From Pseudomonadota bacterium (GTDB lineage: Bacteria; Myxococcota_A; Polyangia; Fen-1088), in contig JADGRB010000002.1 in assembly GCA_017881315.1 (NCBI GenBank), positions 1 through 62,121 on the forward strand: DNA of 62,121 bases, given 5' to 3'. The notes beneath the pieces were generated by a model. It was not told the origin of the DNA, made no database searches, and saw only the letters and a program-made list of their open reading frames with translations. The translations under genes and the position numbers were made by a program. Of the stretch, positions 1-9,440 are shown one piece after another. Position 1 is the stretch's first letter. Every line of letters starts with the position of its first letter.

Positions 1-145
1 AGGGCTTTTCGATGGCCACCCAAGGGAGCGAACGCCGCTGTCGAGCGAGCTCATCGCTCTGCCGGGTCAGCGCCTTCTCTCGCTCCAAGAGCTCCTTGCG
101 AGCCCTCACCCATTCCTCGCGCGTTCCGGTCGGATGCATCGTCAT
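1..145 (-). CDS. DUF899-like thioredoxin-fold protein, N-terminal fragment running off the left edge
   Basis: Minus-strand reading from ATG at 145 (or 139) gives MTMHPTGTREEWVRARKELLEREKALTRQSDELARQRRSLPWVAIEKP. This matches my memory of the conserved DUF899 N-terminus (REEW..AR..LL..EK.LTR..D.LA..RR.LPW). It is not in the ORF track because it is truncated. Confidence 0.55.
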   Translation of the reverse strand, partial: MTMHPTGTREEWVRARKELLEREKALTRQSDELARQRRSLPWVAIEKP

Positions 146-212
146 CGGCGTGTCCTCCGGCCGAAGGTAGATGCGCGAGGGGGAAAAGCCAGTACCGTCG
201 AGCTCTTGCCCC

Positions 213-830
213 CTACCCCGGCCTTCCGCCCGTGAGCACCTCGTCGATGAGGCCGTAGGCCTTGGCCTCGTCCGCCGACATGAAGTTGTCGCGCTCGGTG
301 TCGCGCATGATCCGATCGACCGACTGGCCGGTGTGCTGCGCGTAGAGCGCGTTGATGGTGTCGCGCGCCTTGAGGATCTCGCGCGCGTGGATCGCGATGT
401 CGCTGACCTGACCCCGCACGCCGGCGAGCGGCTGGTGGATCATCACGCTCGCGTTCGGCAGCGCGTTGCGCTTGCCCTTGGCGCCGCTCGCGAGCAGCAG
501 GCTGGCCATCGACGCGGCCTGGCCCACGCAGAAGGTGGCCACCGGGCAGCGCAGGCAGGTCATGGTGTCGTAGATCGCCAGGCCGGCGGAGACCTCGCCG
601 CCCGGCGAGTTGACGTACATCATGACGTCCTTGTCGGGATCCTCCGATTCGAGGAACAGGAGCTGCGCGATGACGACGTTGGCGACCTCGTCGTCGATGG
701 GGCTGCCCAAGAGCACGATGCGATCCTTGAGCAGCCGCGAGAACAGATCCCATCCCCGCTCGCCCCGGTGCGTCTCTTCGACCACCGTGGGGACCAGCGC
801 CCGGGCGATATCCCGCGAATATCTGGTCAT
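213..830 (-). CDS. clpP: ATP-dependent Clp protease proteolytic subunit ClpP
   Basis: 205 aa. ClpP signatures are [10 protein letters not shown] (Ser), VMIHQP (His) and [21 protein letters not shown] (Asp). The ATG overlaps the upstream stop (ATGA at 827-830). No clpX/clpA is adjacent. Confidence 0.95.
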   Translation of the reverse strand: MTRYSRDIARALVPTVVEETHRGERGWDLFSRLLKDRIVLLGSPIDDEVANVVIAQLLFLESEDPDKDVMMYVNSPGGEVSAGLAIYDTMTCLRCPVATFCVGQAASMASLLLASGAKGKRNALPNASVMIHQPLAGVRGQVSDIAIHAREILKARDTINALYAQHTGQSVDRIMRDTERDNFMSADEAKAYGLIDEVLTGGRPG

Positions 831-1303
831 CGCTTCTCCGGTCCGGACAGCCAGGCCACCAGCGCCGCGCGGGAGAAGCGCCAGACCGCGCCCAGCTTTC
901 GCCCCGGCAGCTTGCCCGCCTCGGCCATCTCGATCACGACCGCCTCTTCGATCTGCAAGAATTGCCCGGCCTGTTCGGCGTTGAGGACCTCCGGCGGCAG
1001 CTCCGGCGGCCCCTCCGTCCGCGACTCCGGCCGATCGTACGGCTGGAACGAGTACGAACCGACGGTGGGGCCGGGCCCGCCCGGGTCGGGCGGAAGCTTG
1101 TGGATCGACAGCTTGTGGGTCGAGAGGGTGCCGAGCGCCGTCAGCCCACGGCGGCTGTCGGGATCGACGTACTTCGAGACCAGGCCGGCCACCAGGTCCT
1201 TCTTGCGCATCCCCAGGGCCTCCGCGGCGCGATCGAGCTTGTCGACCGCCGCGGTGGGGAGCCGGACGAAAAGCGCGCTTTCCGGGGGTGCCTTCTTGGA
1301 CAT
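827..1303 (-). CDS. DNA-binding protein: N-terminal ribbon-helix-helix-like segment and C-terminal excisionase/MerR-type HTH
   Basis: 158 aa. [31 protein letters not shown] looks CopG/Arc-like. A Pro/Gly-rich linker follows. [46 protein letters not shown] looks like an excisionase-family HTH. Translationally coupled to clpP. Confidence 0.6.
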   Translation of the reverse strand: MSKKAPPESALFVRLPTAAVDKLDRAAEALGMRKKDLVAGLVSKYVDPDSRRGLTALGTLSTHKLSIHKLPPDPGGPGPTVGSYSFQPYDRPESRTEGPPELPPEVLNAEQAGQFLQIEEAVVIEMAEAGKLPGRKLGAVWRFSRAALVAWLSGPEKR

Positions 1304-1429
1304 ATCCAGAAGATATCTAAAAATATCCAGACGTCAACCGGAACGGGCGGTCGAAGGTCCCAAATCGCCGAGACGATTTTGGAGGTCCCGGCCCTCCCCT
1401 CTCCAAATCTCGTGATTAAGAAGATCAGT

Positions 1430-1741
1430 ATGACGAACTGGAAGAGTGGGCTTCTGGGTTTGGCGCTGCTGGGTCTCTCGGGACCCGTCGCTCAGGCGGC
1501 GGTGGTGATCATTCACAACGGTCCGCGCGATCCGCCGCCGGCCGTGGTCGAAGAGCACTACGGTCCGCGCCGCGGCTACGTCTGGGTCGGTGGGCACCAC
1601 GCCTGGCGCCATCACCACTACGTCTGGACGCGGGGGCACTACGTGCGCGAGCGCCGCGGGTACGAATACGCGCCCGGACGCTGGGACCGCCACGAGGACC
1701 ACTACGACTGGCACGACGGCGAGTGGCACCCGCACCGCTGA
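1430..1741 (+). CDS. small secreted His/Trp/Tyr/Arg-rich protein (YXWGXW/WXXGXW-repeat-like), paralog 1
   Basis: Internal ATG at 1430 of ORF 962..1741 gives 103 aa. Signal peptide is MTNWKSGLLGLALLGLSGPVAQA. By my count the roughly 80 mature residues include 13 His. Shares long identical blocks with the 2535..2852 product. Confidence 0.7.
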   Translation: MTNWKSGLLGLALLGLSGPVAQAAVVIIHNGPRDPPPAVVEEHYGPRRGYVWVGGHHAWRHHHYVWTRGHYVRERRGYEYAPGRWDRHEDHYDWHDGEWHPHR

Positions 1742-1771
1742 CGCGGTCGGGATGGTCGGCCGGGGAGGCCG
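1742..1771. repeat. 30-nt motif copy 1 (cgcggtcgggatggtcggccggggaggccg)
   Basis: Repeated with one mismatch at 2444..2473. Each copy lies just 3' of a stop codon (1741 and 2434). Confidence 0.8.
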
Positions 1772-1882
1772 CGCGGTCTGCGACGACTCGGTGGTCAGGA
1801 TTTGCAGGGGGCAGGTGACCGGAACTGGCTCCGAGGCGAAGTCGTCTCTGTTTCGCCGTGCGCAAACCGTTATGATCACCAT

Positions 1883-2434
1883 ATGACTAAACTTCGCTTA
1901 GGTTTGATAGGTTCGTCCCTTAGCTTGTGGTTTGGTTTGTTGAGTTGCGGATCCAGGTCCTTCTCGACCGCATCCGATGGCGGACAGGATCGTTCCAGTG
2001 CCGATCGTCCGGCGGACGCCGTTCCCACGGACGCGGCGGCCTGTCAGTGTGAGCTCGACAACGATGGCGGCATTGGCTTTGGCGGCCTGAGGATCTCGTG
2101 GGCGTGCTATGGCGCGACCTACGGTGGTGGGACTCGGGGAAATTTTTGCGGCATCGGAACTTGGACGTCCGCCTGCGGTCTCGATGTCCACGCCGCCGGT
2201 TCATTCGGCGGCCTGGAGAAGTGGGCTTACGACTCATCCGGCACGTTGGTCGGGGTCCAGCTATCGTCCGAGCCCTCTGATTTCGTCTGCCCCTCGGATC
2301 CCACCAATACAAGCCTGCAGAGCAGCTTCCTGGTATCCGGACAGTTCCCGGACGCCAGCTGCCCGACGATCCCTTGCTCGTGCAGCGACGGCGGGCTCAC
2401 CTGCCCCCCACCGGACGCTGGCTCGGATCACTGA
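1883..2434 (+). CDS. Cys-rich lipoprotein, unknown function
   Basis: ATG at 1883 inside ORF 1802..2434. Signal peptide with lipobox (LWFGLLSCG). About ten further Cys, including the terminal PCSCSDGGLTCPPP. Confidence 0.65.
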   Translation: MTKLRLGLIGSSLSLWFGLLSCGSRSFSTASDGGQDRSSADRPADAVPTDAAACQCELDNDGGIGFGGLRISWACYGATYGGGTRGNFCGIGTWTSACGLDVHAAGSFGGLEKWAYDSSGTLVGVQLSSEPSDFVCPSDPTNTSLQSSFLVSGQFPDASCPTIPCSCSDGGLTCPPPDAGSDH

Positions 2435-2443
2435 CGCCCGCAT

Positions 2444-2473
2444 CGCGGTCGGGATGGCCGGCCGGGGAGGCCG
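2444..2473. repeat. 30-nt motif copy 2 (cgcggtcgggatggccggccggggaggccg)
   Basis: See 1742..1771. Confidence 0.8.
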
Positions 2474-2534
2474 AGCCACTTGAATTGCGGCGCCTAGGCT
2501 CGCCAAGGCGCCCAATCGTGATTACAGAGGTGGG

Positions 2535-2852
2535 ATGAAAAGCTTGAAGATTGGGTTGGTCGGGCTGATGCTCTTGGGGTTCACGGGGATGACGGCATCA
2601 GCCGCCCACGCGGCGGTGGTGGTCATTCACGGTCCCCGCGAGGCGCCACCCGAGCCGCGCGAGGAACATTACGGGCCCCGCCACGGGTACATCTGGGTGG
2701 GCGGCCACCATGAGTACCGGCATCGCCACTACCGGTGGTCGCGCGGCCGCTATGAGCACGAGCGCCCCGGATACGAATACGCGCCCGGCCGCTGGGACCG
2801 CCACGAGGATCACTACGACTGGCACGACGGCGAGTGGCACTCCCACCGCTAG
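2535..2852 (+). CDS. small secreted His/Trp/Tyr/Arg-rich protein, paralog 2
   Basis: 105 aa. Signal peptide ends AHA-AVV. The C-terminal 35 residues are nearly identical to paralog 1 (GYEYAPGRWDRHEDHYDWHDGEWH.HR). Confidence 0.75.
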   Translation: MKSLKIGLVGLMLLGFTGMTASAAHAAVVVIHGPREAPPEPREEHYGPRHGYIWVGGHHEYRHRHYRWSRGRYEHERPGYEYAPGRWDRHEDHYDWHDGEWHSHR

Positions 2853-2907
2853 CGTTCGGTTGACGTGCGGCGTGCCGACGGCCGTCGGATCCGCAACGCC
2901 CGAACGT

Positions 2908-2924
2908 CGGGGCTGTTAGCCCCG
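2908..2924. terminator. GC hairpin between convergent genes (cggggc-tgtta-gccccg)
   Basis: 6-bp stem and 5-nt loop between the stop at 2852 (+) and the stop at 2938 (-). A 14-nt palindrome ccgacggccgtcgg lies just upstream. No U-tract, so weak. Confidence 0.3.
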
Positions 2925-2937
2925 GCTGAGCGCGCGG

Positions 2938-3585
2938 CTACCGCGCCGTGCCGCGGATCTGCCAGCTGAGCGCGAGCTCGTCCTTCACCTTGACGACGCC
3001 CGCCTTCGAGATCGGAGTCATCCCGAAGTCGGTCTGACGAATCGTGGTCGAGCCCGTCGCCTCGAGCGCATCGCCTTTGATTTCGAGGCGCACGCGGATC
3101 GTGAGGGGGCGGGTGACGCCGTGGAGCGTGAGCGCGCCGGCGATGCTCAGATCGCGGCCGCCCTGCGCGGCCTCTCCGACCGCCGCCACGGTTTTCGAAA
3201 CGAAATGAATGGCGGGAAATCGGTGCACGTCCAGGCAGGCCGCGCCGATCATTGCGGCCTGCACCTCGGCCCCGTCGCCCTTGGGCGCGCCCTCGCCCGT
3301 CACGCGCAGGGCCCCGGCCTCGAAGGTCAGGTCCACGGCGGATTGCGCGATCCGATCGGGATCGAAGGTCGCGGTGCCGTGAAAGGTCCCGGCCACGACG
3401 TCGTGCTCGTGGCCGGCGAAGCCGAAAACGCCGCTCTTGCCGACGTGGATCTTGAGCTGGCTGCCCGCGGGGTCCAGCGTGTACCGCCTGGATTGGGCCT
3501 GGGCGCTCGGCGCGACCAGCGCCGCCGCCAGCGGGACCAAGAACGCCAGCGCCGGCAGAAACAGAGGCAGGACGGGTCCGGTCAT
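2938..3585 (-). CDS. YceI-family periplasmic (polyisoprenoid-binding-like) protein
   Basis: 215 aa with a signal peptide. YceI-like blocks: YTLDPAGSQLKIHV, GFAGHEHDV, LDVHRFPAIHFVS, LTLHGVTRPL. Confidence 0.85.
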   Translation of the reverse strand: MTGPVLPLFLPALAFLVPLAAALVAPSAQAQSRRYTLDPAGSQLKIHVGKSGVFGFAGHEHDVVAGTFHGTATFDPDRIAQSAVDLTFEAGALRVTGEGAPKGDGAEVQAAMIGAACLDVHRFPAIHFVSKTVAAVGEAAQGGRDLSIAGALTLHGVTRPLTIRVRLEIKGDALEATGSTTIRQTDFGMTPISKAGVVKVKDELALSWQIRGTAR

Positions 3586-3637
3586 CGCATCAATCTAGGT
3601 ACCGCCGGCCTCGAGACAAGTCGGACGTCGCCCGCGG

Positions 3638-4489
3638 CTACGGCAGGCAGGTGAAGGCGAGGTCCGACGGCAGCTCGGTCGGTGTGGGCAACCGCAGGGT
3701 GGTCGCCATCTGGGCGCCGCCCGCCGGGGTGAGGCCCAGGAGCGCGAAGGTGCCGAACAGGCCGGCGTCCGGAGAGGACACCATCCCGAACGCCAGGACG
3801 TAGGACGTGCCGTCGACCTGGAAGGTCAGAGAGCCGTTGCCGCTCAAGGTCTGCTGGAAATTGGTGATCGTGCGCTGGGCGACGGCGCCCGGCGGGCCGT
3901 AAAATATGGAGATCCCGAGGTCGGTGGAGGTGGAATCACTGTTCAGCGGGACGGTCGCCAAGATGACGTCGCCGTTCGACACGTCGGCGAGGTAGTCGAT
4001 CAGGTTGGGCGTATTGACCACGGTCATGCCGGCTAGCGTGGCGGCGTCGACCAGGGTCAGCGACGTCACGCCCGCCGGCGACTGGTTCAGGAAGGATTTG
4101 GAGTCCGGCGGGCCGAGCGCCATCGCGCTGGCCGTGGACCCTTGCGTCTCGACCAGCAGGTTGCGCGCCGAGGTCGCGTCGGCCGACGGAGCCTCGAACG
4201 TGAAGAGGAATTCATTCGATCCCGATTGGCCGGTGCCGATCACGTGCTGGCGAATCAGCGCGCCGCCGTCCGACACGAAGATGCCGTTCGCCGCGTCGAC
4301 GTAGAGCGTCCCGGAGGCATCCGTCCCGACGCCGACCACCGCGCCCAGCGTGATCGCCTTCGCCGCCAGCGGATCGCAAGCGCTCGCGGTCGCGGCGCCG
4401 GCGCCATTCGAGCTCTTGCAGCCCCCGAGCGACGGCGCCACGGCGAGCAGGAACGCAAATGAGACCACCCTTGGATCGAACATCTTCAT
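3638..4489 (-). CDS. lipoprotein, unknown function
   Basis: 283 aa. Signal peptide with lipobox (APSLGGCKSS). Coding-like composition. No family recognised. Confidence 0.6.
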   Translation of the reverse strand: MKMFDPRVVSFAFLLAVAPSLGGCKSSNGAGAATASACDPLAAKAITLGAVVGVGTDASGTLYVDAANGIFVSDGGALIRQHVIGTGQSGSNEFLFTFEAPSADATSARNLLVETQGSTASAMALGPPDSKSFLNQSPAGVTSLTLVDAATLAGMTVVNTPNLIDYLADVSNGDVILATVPLNSDSTSTDLGISIFYGPPGAVAQRTITNFQQTLSGNGSLTFQVDGTSYVLAFGMVSSPDAGLFGTFALLGLTPAGGAQMATTLRLPTPTELPSDLAFTCLP

Positions 4490-4525
4490 GCTCCGCCAGG
4501 AGCTTACGCCCGAGCGAATCCCGGG

Positions 4526-5158
4526 TCATGTCCAGTCGGTCAGGCCCTCGCGCGCGTAGGTCTCCCGGAACGACGGGCGGGCCTTCATTCGTTGCGCGTG
4601 CGCCTTCAACGCCGGCCAGGTGTCGCTGGGCCGGGGCATGTTGCGGGACCAGCGCATCAGCATGGTCATCAGGAAGTCGGCGACCGAGAGACGCTCGCCC
4701 AGCAGATACGGTCCGCCCGTCTCCAGATGTGCGGCAACGCGCGCCCAGGCCCACTCGATGCGCTCGCGTGCCTGGTGCTTGCTGGCCTCGACGTTGGCCT
4801 CGCCGGCGGGCTCGGTCGGATAGAACCAGGCGCGGTAGGCCGGCTGCAGGGTGTTCGCCAGGAAGAACATCCATTGGTAATACTGCGCGCGCTCGGGCGT
4901 CCCGGGCGCGGGCGCCAACCCACGCCCGGAATAGACATCGCCCAGGTACATCGCGATGGCGGCGGCCTCGCAGATCGGCCGGCCGTCGATCACCAGCGTC
5001 GGGACCACGCCGGCCGGATTGATCTTCAGATATTCGGGGGATTTCTGCGCGCGCGTCTCGAAGTCGAGAGAGCGAATCTCGTGCGGCAAGTCGAGCTCGA
5101 TGAGCAGCCAGTGCACGACCAGCGCCGCCGTGCTGGGCGAGTGGTACAGGATCATCAT
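4526..5158 (-). CDS. glutathione S-transferase family protein
   Basis: 210 aa. N-terminal thioredoxin-like GST fold (LYHSPSTAALVVHWLLIELDLPHE, INPAGVVPTLVIDG) and a C-terminal helical domain. Confidence 0.85.
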   Translation of the reverse strand: MMILYHSPSTAALVVHWLLIELDLPHEIRSLDFETRAQKSPEYLKINPAGVVPTLVIDGRPICEAAAIAMYLGDVYSGRGLAPAPGTPERAQYYQWMFFLANTLQPAYRAWFYPTEPAGEANVEASKHQARERIEWAWARVAAHLETGGPYLLGERLSVADFLMTMLMRWSRNMPRPSDTWPALKAHAQRMKARPSFRETYAREGLTDWT

Positions 5159-5232
5159 GGTCGCGCCAGCATAGGCTCAAACGAACGTGGCTTGGCGTCG
5201 ACGAAGGGAAAGTCCCTAGATCAGAGTGCCCT

Positions 5233-6327
5233 TCACTGCGTGATCGGAACGTGTGGGCAATCGAGCGCCGACGTGTCGTAGCGCGTCCCGCCCGCTACCA
5301 TCTCGAAGTCGCTCGGCATGATCGTCTCCAGATCCCGCGCCCCCAGACCGGTGCCGAGCACGGTGTCCCACTTGGCCGTGGTGTTCTCGTCATCCTCCGA
5401 GGTGAGCGCGATGTTGCCACCGTCGGAGAGGAACATGCCGTAGTCGTGCATCGCCTGGGCGACCACGCGGGCCGCATCGTTCGGGAGCGCCGCCAGCACG
5501 GCGGCGATCCGATCGCCACGAATGCGCAGGTGCGCGCCGTAGGGCACGGCGGTCGCGCCGCCGGACGAGCTCGTCGCGTGCGTCGCCGGATGCACGAAGG
5601 TGTTCTTGGTGATGATGTCGTTCGGAAGGATGAAGCGGATCGCATGGGCGATCAGCTTGGCCGCCACCTCGTCGGCGTCGAACAGCAGGGCGGCCATCGG
5701 GAAGCCGCCGGCGTCGGCGCTGGTGCAGCCGTCTCCTCGCCCAGAGGGCGGGGGCGTCATCGAGGTGTCCCAGATCGCCAGGCAGCCGCCCAGGTAGCTG
5801 CCGCTCGAAAAATCGACCCGCCACTGTTCGTACAGGCGGCTCGACTTCGGCTCGACCACGATCAGGTGGCAGTCGCCGTCGCTCGTGCAGTTGTAGCCGG
5901 ACTCGCCCTCGAGGTGCCCGCCGGCCGGTATCGGCACCGAGGCGCTGTCACAATCCGGACTGTAGAAGTCGCCGGTCTGCGTGAAAGGCATCTTGGGCGC
6001 GCTGCCGTCGGCGTCGCACATCACGTGGATGGACGTGTCGATCTGCATGCGCCCGGCCCCCCAGCCGTGGGTCTGCAGCGAGGCGATGATCGCGGCGGAC
6101 TGGCTGTCGACCGCCATCGAATCGACGCGCGTGTTCCAGGCGGCCGCGGCCGGAAAGTAAGGCCGACGGCAACTGGCGGCATACGGTCCGCTGCCGCCCG
6201 ATCCGGAGCCGCCAGCCGCACCCGCTCCCGTCCCGCCTCCGCCGGTGGTTCCCATTCCACCCCCGCATGCCTGGAGCGCCAAGAGACCCGTCGCAAGCGC
6301 GATCGTCGATACACGCATACCCGACAA
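5233..6327 (-). CDS. secreted lipoprotein with Gly-rich linker, unknown function
   Basis: 364 aa. The likely start is MRVSTIALATGLLALQACGG (6318). A Gly/Ser linker is followed by a roughly 300-aa domain I do not recognise. Confidence 0.6.
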   Translation of the reverse strand: MSGMRVSTIALATGLLALQACGGGMGTTGGGGTGAGAAGGSGSGGSGPYAASCRRPYFPAAAAWNTRVDSMAVDSQSAAIIASLQTHGWGAGRMQIDTSIHVMCDADGSAPKMPFTQTGDFYSPDCDSASVPIPAGGHLEGESGYNCTSDGDCHLIVVEPKSSRLYEQWRVDFSSGSYLGGCLAIWDTSMTPPPSGRGDGCTSADAGGFPMAALLFDADEVAAKLIAHAIRFILPNDIITKNTFVHPATHATSSSGGATAVPYGAHLRIRGDRIAAVLAALPNDAARVVAQAMHDYGMFLSDGGNIALTSEDDENTTAKWDTVLGTGLGARDLETIMPSDFEMVAGGTRYDTSALDCPHVPITQ

Positions 6328-6391
6328 TTGTGCGGCAAAATACTAAATTAGAATACCGATTTCGGCGTCAGAAGGCGTTCGATCACGCGGT

Positions 6392-7783
6392 TCAGAAGAC
6401 GTTCCGGTTGGTCTTCCGACCGACCACCGTCAAGAGGATGATCTTGAGGTCCCAGAGCAGCGTCCACCGCCGGATGTATTCCAGATCGAACCGGATGCGG
6501 TTCTCCATCCAGCTCACCTCGGGGGTCTCGCCCCGCCAGCCGTTGATCTGCGCCCAGCCGGTGATCCCCGGCTTGACCTTGTGGCGCAGCATGTAGCCCC
6601 GGATCAGCGAGCGGTAGGTCTCGTTGTGAACGACGGCGTGGGGGCGCGGCCCCACGATCGACATCTTGCCGGTGATGACTTGCAAGAACTGGGGCAGCTC
6701 GTCCATCGAGGTCCGACGGAGAAACTTCCCCAGCGGCGTGACGCGCACGTCGTCCTTGGTCGCCTGGGGAACGTCGGGACCGTCCTGCATGACGGTCATG
6801 CTCCGGAACTTGAGCACCCGGATCTCCTTGCCGTTCAACCCATAGCGGCGCTGGCGGAAGAAGACCGGACCCTTGGAGGTCAGCTTGATGGCCACCGCGA
6901 TCACCAGCATCGGGATCGAGATGAGGAGGACGATGAAGGAACCGACCACGATGTCCTCGAGGCGCTTGATCCAGCCGTCGACGCCGACGAAGGGGGTGTC
7001 GTGGACGCTGATGAGCGGGATCTCTCCGATGGTGCTCCAGCGCGCGCTCAGCAGGTTGAACATGAAGAAGTCGGCCACCAGGTAAACGGTGGCGGTGGTG
7101 TTGGAGAGCTCCTGCAGGAGGTGGGCGATGCGCGGCTCCGCCCGCAGCGGCAGCGCGATGTAGACGGCGTCGATCTGGTTGGCGCGACAGGCCTCCAGCA
7201 GATCCGCCGAGCTTCCCGAGAAGGGACACCCGGCATCGGCCAGGTTCTCGCGCCGGTCCGGCCCACGGTCGTCGTAGACCCCGAGCACCCGGATGCCCAG
7301 CCAGGGACGCTCCGCGATCTCCGCGCAGAGCTCGCGCGCGTTGGGGGTGGCGCCCAGGACCACCACCTTGCGGGTGTTTCGCCCCCGCGCCCGCTGCGCG
7401 CGCAGGATCAGCCGCACCAGGATCCGCCAGCCGCACAGCAGGAGCGGCGCCAGCACGAACCATCCGAACGAGGCGACGCGGGAGTAGTCGGCCGAGGTCT
7501 TGGTGGCGACGGCGAAGGTATTGAGGACGAAGACGGTGCTCAGCCAGGCCAGGCAGATCATCCGCAGCTCGACCCGAAACTTCTCGATCCGCCAGGGGCG
7601 ATAGAGGCTGCAGAACTCGGCCGCGATGCTGAACACCAACACGGCGGCCAGCGTCGCGTTACTCGATTCGCGCCGCCAGGGCTGGTGGTACGCGTAGATC
7701 GAGATGACGTGCGCGAGGATGATCCACGCGATGTCCGCCAGACGTTGCAGCCGGTGGATGACGTTTTCGTGTTCGCGAAGCAA
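6392..7783 (-). CDS. undecaprenyl-phosphate hexose-1-phosphate transferase (WbaP/WcaJ-type priming enzyme)
   Basis: 463 aa. N-terminal TM bundle and a central Rossmann-like region. C-terminal bacterial sugar transferase domain (SMDELPQFLQVITGKMSIVGPRPH, KPGITGWAQING). Confidence 0.9.
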   Translation of the reverse strand: MLREHENVIHRLQRLADIAWIILAHVISIYAYHQPWRRESSNATLAAVLVFSIAAEFCSLYRPWRIEKFRVELRMICLAWLSTVFVLNTFAVATKTSADYSRVASFGWFVLAPLLLCGWRILVRLILRAQRARGRNTRKVVVLGATPNARELCAEIAERPWLGIRVLGVYDDRGPDRRENLADAGCPFSGSSADLLEACRANQIDAVYIALPLRAEPRIAHLLQELSNTTATVYLVADFFMFNLLSARWSTIGEIPLISVHDTPFVGVDGWIKRLEDIVVGSFIVLLISIPMLVIAVAIKLTSKGPVFFRQRRYGLNGKEIRVLKFRSMTVMQDGPDVPQATKDDVRVTPLGKFLRRTSMDELPQFLQVITGKMSIVGPRPHAVVHNETYRSLIRGYMLRHKVKPGITGWAQINGWRGETPEVSWMENRIRFDLEYIRRWTLLWDLKIILLTVVGRKTNRNVF

Positions 7784-8000
7784 GCCCCGACCTTTGTCCC
7801 CAGACTGCCCCGGATGTTAAAGAGATAGCTGCCGTTCAGAAAAGGTCAGGCGATTTTTTGCGCAAACGACCTGGCACCCCGCCCGATCCAGGAACGCCAA
7901 CGGCCGGCCAAATTCCCGTCCCGGTCATATATCATTCATATCACTAGTTTTTCTTGGGAAAGCGGCCCCGCCAGCGGGTGGACAGAATCGGTCGAGGTTT

Positions 8001-9425
8001 CTATTTCTGACTCTGGGCCAGCCGGGGAATCGGCCGCGTCGTCACGGTGAGCGAAACGTGGACCCAGAGCTGGCGCTGGTGAAAGCTAAAGTCGGGGGTC
8101 GACAGCACCGGCCCACGGTCCGCCCAGAGCCCGCCGACCTCGAGGAACATGTTCTCCGAGACCCGCCGCCGGCCGGACAGGGAGACCGAGAACGCGGTCT
8201 CGTCGAGAGGAATCGGCGGGGGCTGTCCGACGACGGCCGCCTGGAGCGGGGGATCTTTGAGGGCGGTCGCGAAATCGCCGCGCAGGGTGATCGTCCACAG
8301 GGGGATCGCGATCGCCGTCAATCCCGCGCCGGCCTCACCGCGGGGCAGCGCGATGCCGAGGATGGGATCGACGTACAGATCCACCCCGCCCGTGAGGTTG
8401 GACAGCACCGTGATCCCCTCGCGCCGGAAGAGCTGAGAGGTGAGATCGAGAGAGCCGATCGGGGCGGCCGTCGAGCCGGACGATCCGAACGGCGTCATCG
8501 CCCCCGGGGGCGTCGCCAGGGAACGGGCGTAGGTGACCCCCAGGGACAGTCTGAGGCGGTCGAGCGGCGAGATGTGCCTCCTCCAGGTCACGGCGGGCGT
8601 GACGACCAAGAATTCCACGCCGTTGGAGTACGACGCTTCGCCGATGGAGGCGTCGAGGCCGACCCCGTCGCGCGGGGTCAGCGTGAAGAGGGCGCCGGGC
8701 TGGACGGTCACGAAGGTCTGCCCCGTCACCAGCGTCTGCCCGGCCGACGACGTCTGCCCCGCCACCGTCGACGTCGAATCGGGGGCGTTCAAGAACTGCC
8801 AGTGGAAGACCGTCCCGGCCAGGTCCAGCTCCCAGCGCCGGGTCGTCTGGAACTTGACCCGCGCGGCGGCGGTCCCCGAGGCCAGGTTGGCGATGGGCGG
8901 AAGCGCCCCCTGCACGGTGCCCAGCACCAGGGGGAGCGCGGTGTAGTCCGGGCTGCCCACCGATCCGGTCGCGTCCGTCTGGAAGGTGACTCTGGGGGAG
9001 AGCTTGGCGTCGAGGGTGAGGCCGGCCGAGTGCAAGATGAGCGGACCCGAGCTAGAGGTCTGGTTTTGGTTTTGCGAGCGGATCCGCGTCACCGGATCGG
9101 GGGCCAGCAGCTCCGTCGAAAAGCCGGTGATCGGGGCCGGATCCTCCCAGAAGATGCGCGGGCCGTAGAACATCTGGAAGGTGAGGTCGTGCCGGCGCAG
9201 CTCGAGGCCCAGCAGCGGCGTCAGGATCTCGGCCACGAACAGGCGGGGATCCTCCCCGGGTAGCAGGGGCGCTTCGCCGGCGCGCGTTTCGCTGGTCGCG
9301 CTCAGCTGGACGCCAAACGGCCCCAGCCTCAGCGGCGTCTCCCCGAGCCGCGATTGGGTGACCGCGCTCGCCTGGACACCCAGCTCGCCCGAGAAAAGAA
9401 GTAGGGCAACGAACGCCGCGCCCAC
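8001..9425 (-). CDS. predicted outer-membrane beta-barrel protein partnered with the OPX gene
   Basis: 474 aa with a signal peptide. Many alternating hydrophobic/polar strands (RWELDLAGTVFHWQF, RLRLSLGVTYARS, LTAIAIPLWTITLRGDFA, FSVSLSGRRRVSENMFLEVGGLWA). It lies 15 nt downstream of the OPX gene. Confidence 0.5.
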   Translation of the reverse strand: MGAAFVALLLFSGELGVQASAVTQSRLGETPLRLGPFGVQLSATSETRAGEAPLLPGEDPRLFVAEILTPLLGLELRRHDLTFQMFYGPRIFWEDPAPITGFSTELLAPDPVTRIRSQNQNQTSSSGPLILHSAGLTLDAKLSPRVTFQTDATGSVGSPDYTALPLVLGTVQGALPPIANLASGTAAARVKFQTTRRWELDLAGTVFHWQFLNAPDSTSTVAGQTSSAGQTLVTGQTFVTVQPGALFTLTPRDGVGLDASIGEASYSNGVEFLVVTPAVTWRRHISPLDRLRLSLGVTYARSLATPPGAMTPFGSSGSTAAPIGSLDLTSQLFRREGITVLSNLTGGVDLYVDPILGIALPRGEAGAGLTAIAIPLWTITLRGDFATALKDPPLQAAVVGQPPPIPLDETAFSVSLSGRRRVSENMFLEVGGLWADRGPVLSTPDFSFHQRQLWVHVSLTVTTRPIPRLAQSQK

Positions 9426-9440
9426 GGGGATCGCCTGCGC

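Noticed and set aside
7784-8000. 217-nt intergenic region with an AT-rich patch (tcatatatcattcatatcactagttttt) and a TGGCAC-like string, examined for a tRNA, small RNA or sigma54 promoter.
   Set aside because: I found no cloverleaf-compatible stems, no terminator and no correctly spaced GG/GC elements. Most simply it is the promoter region of the priming-transferase gene.
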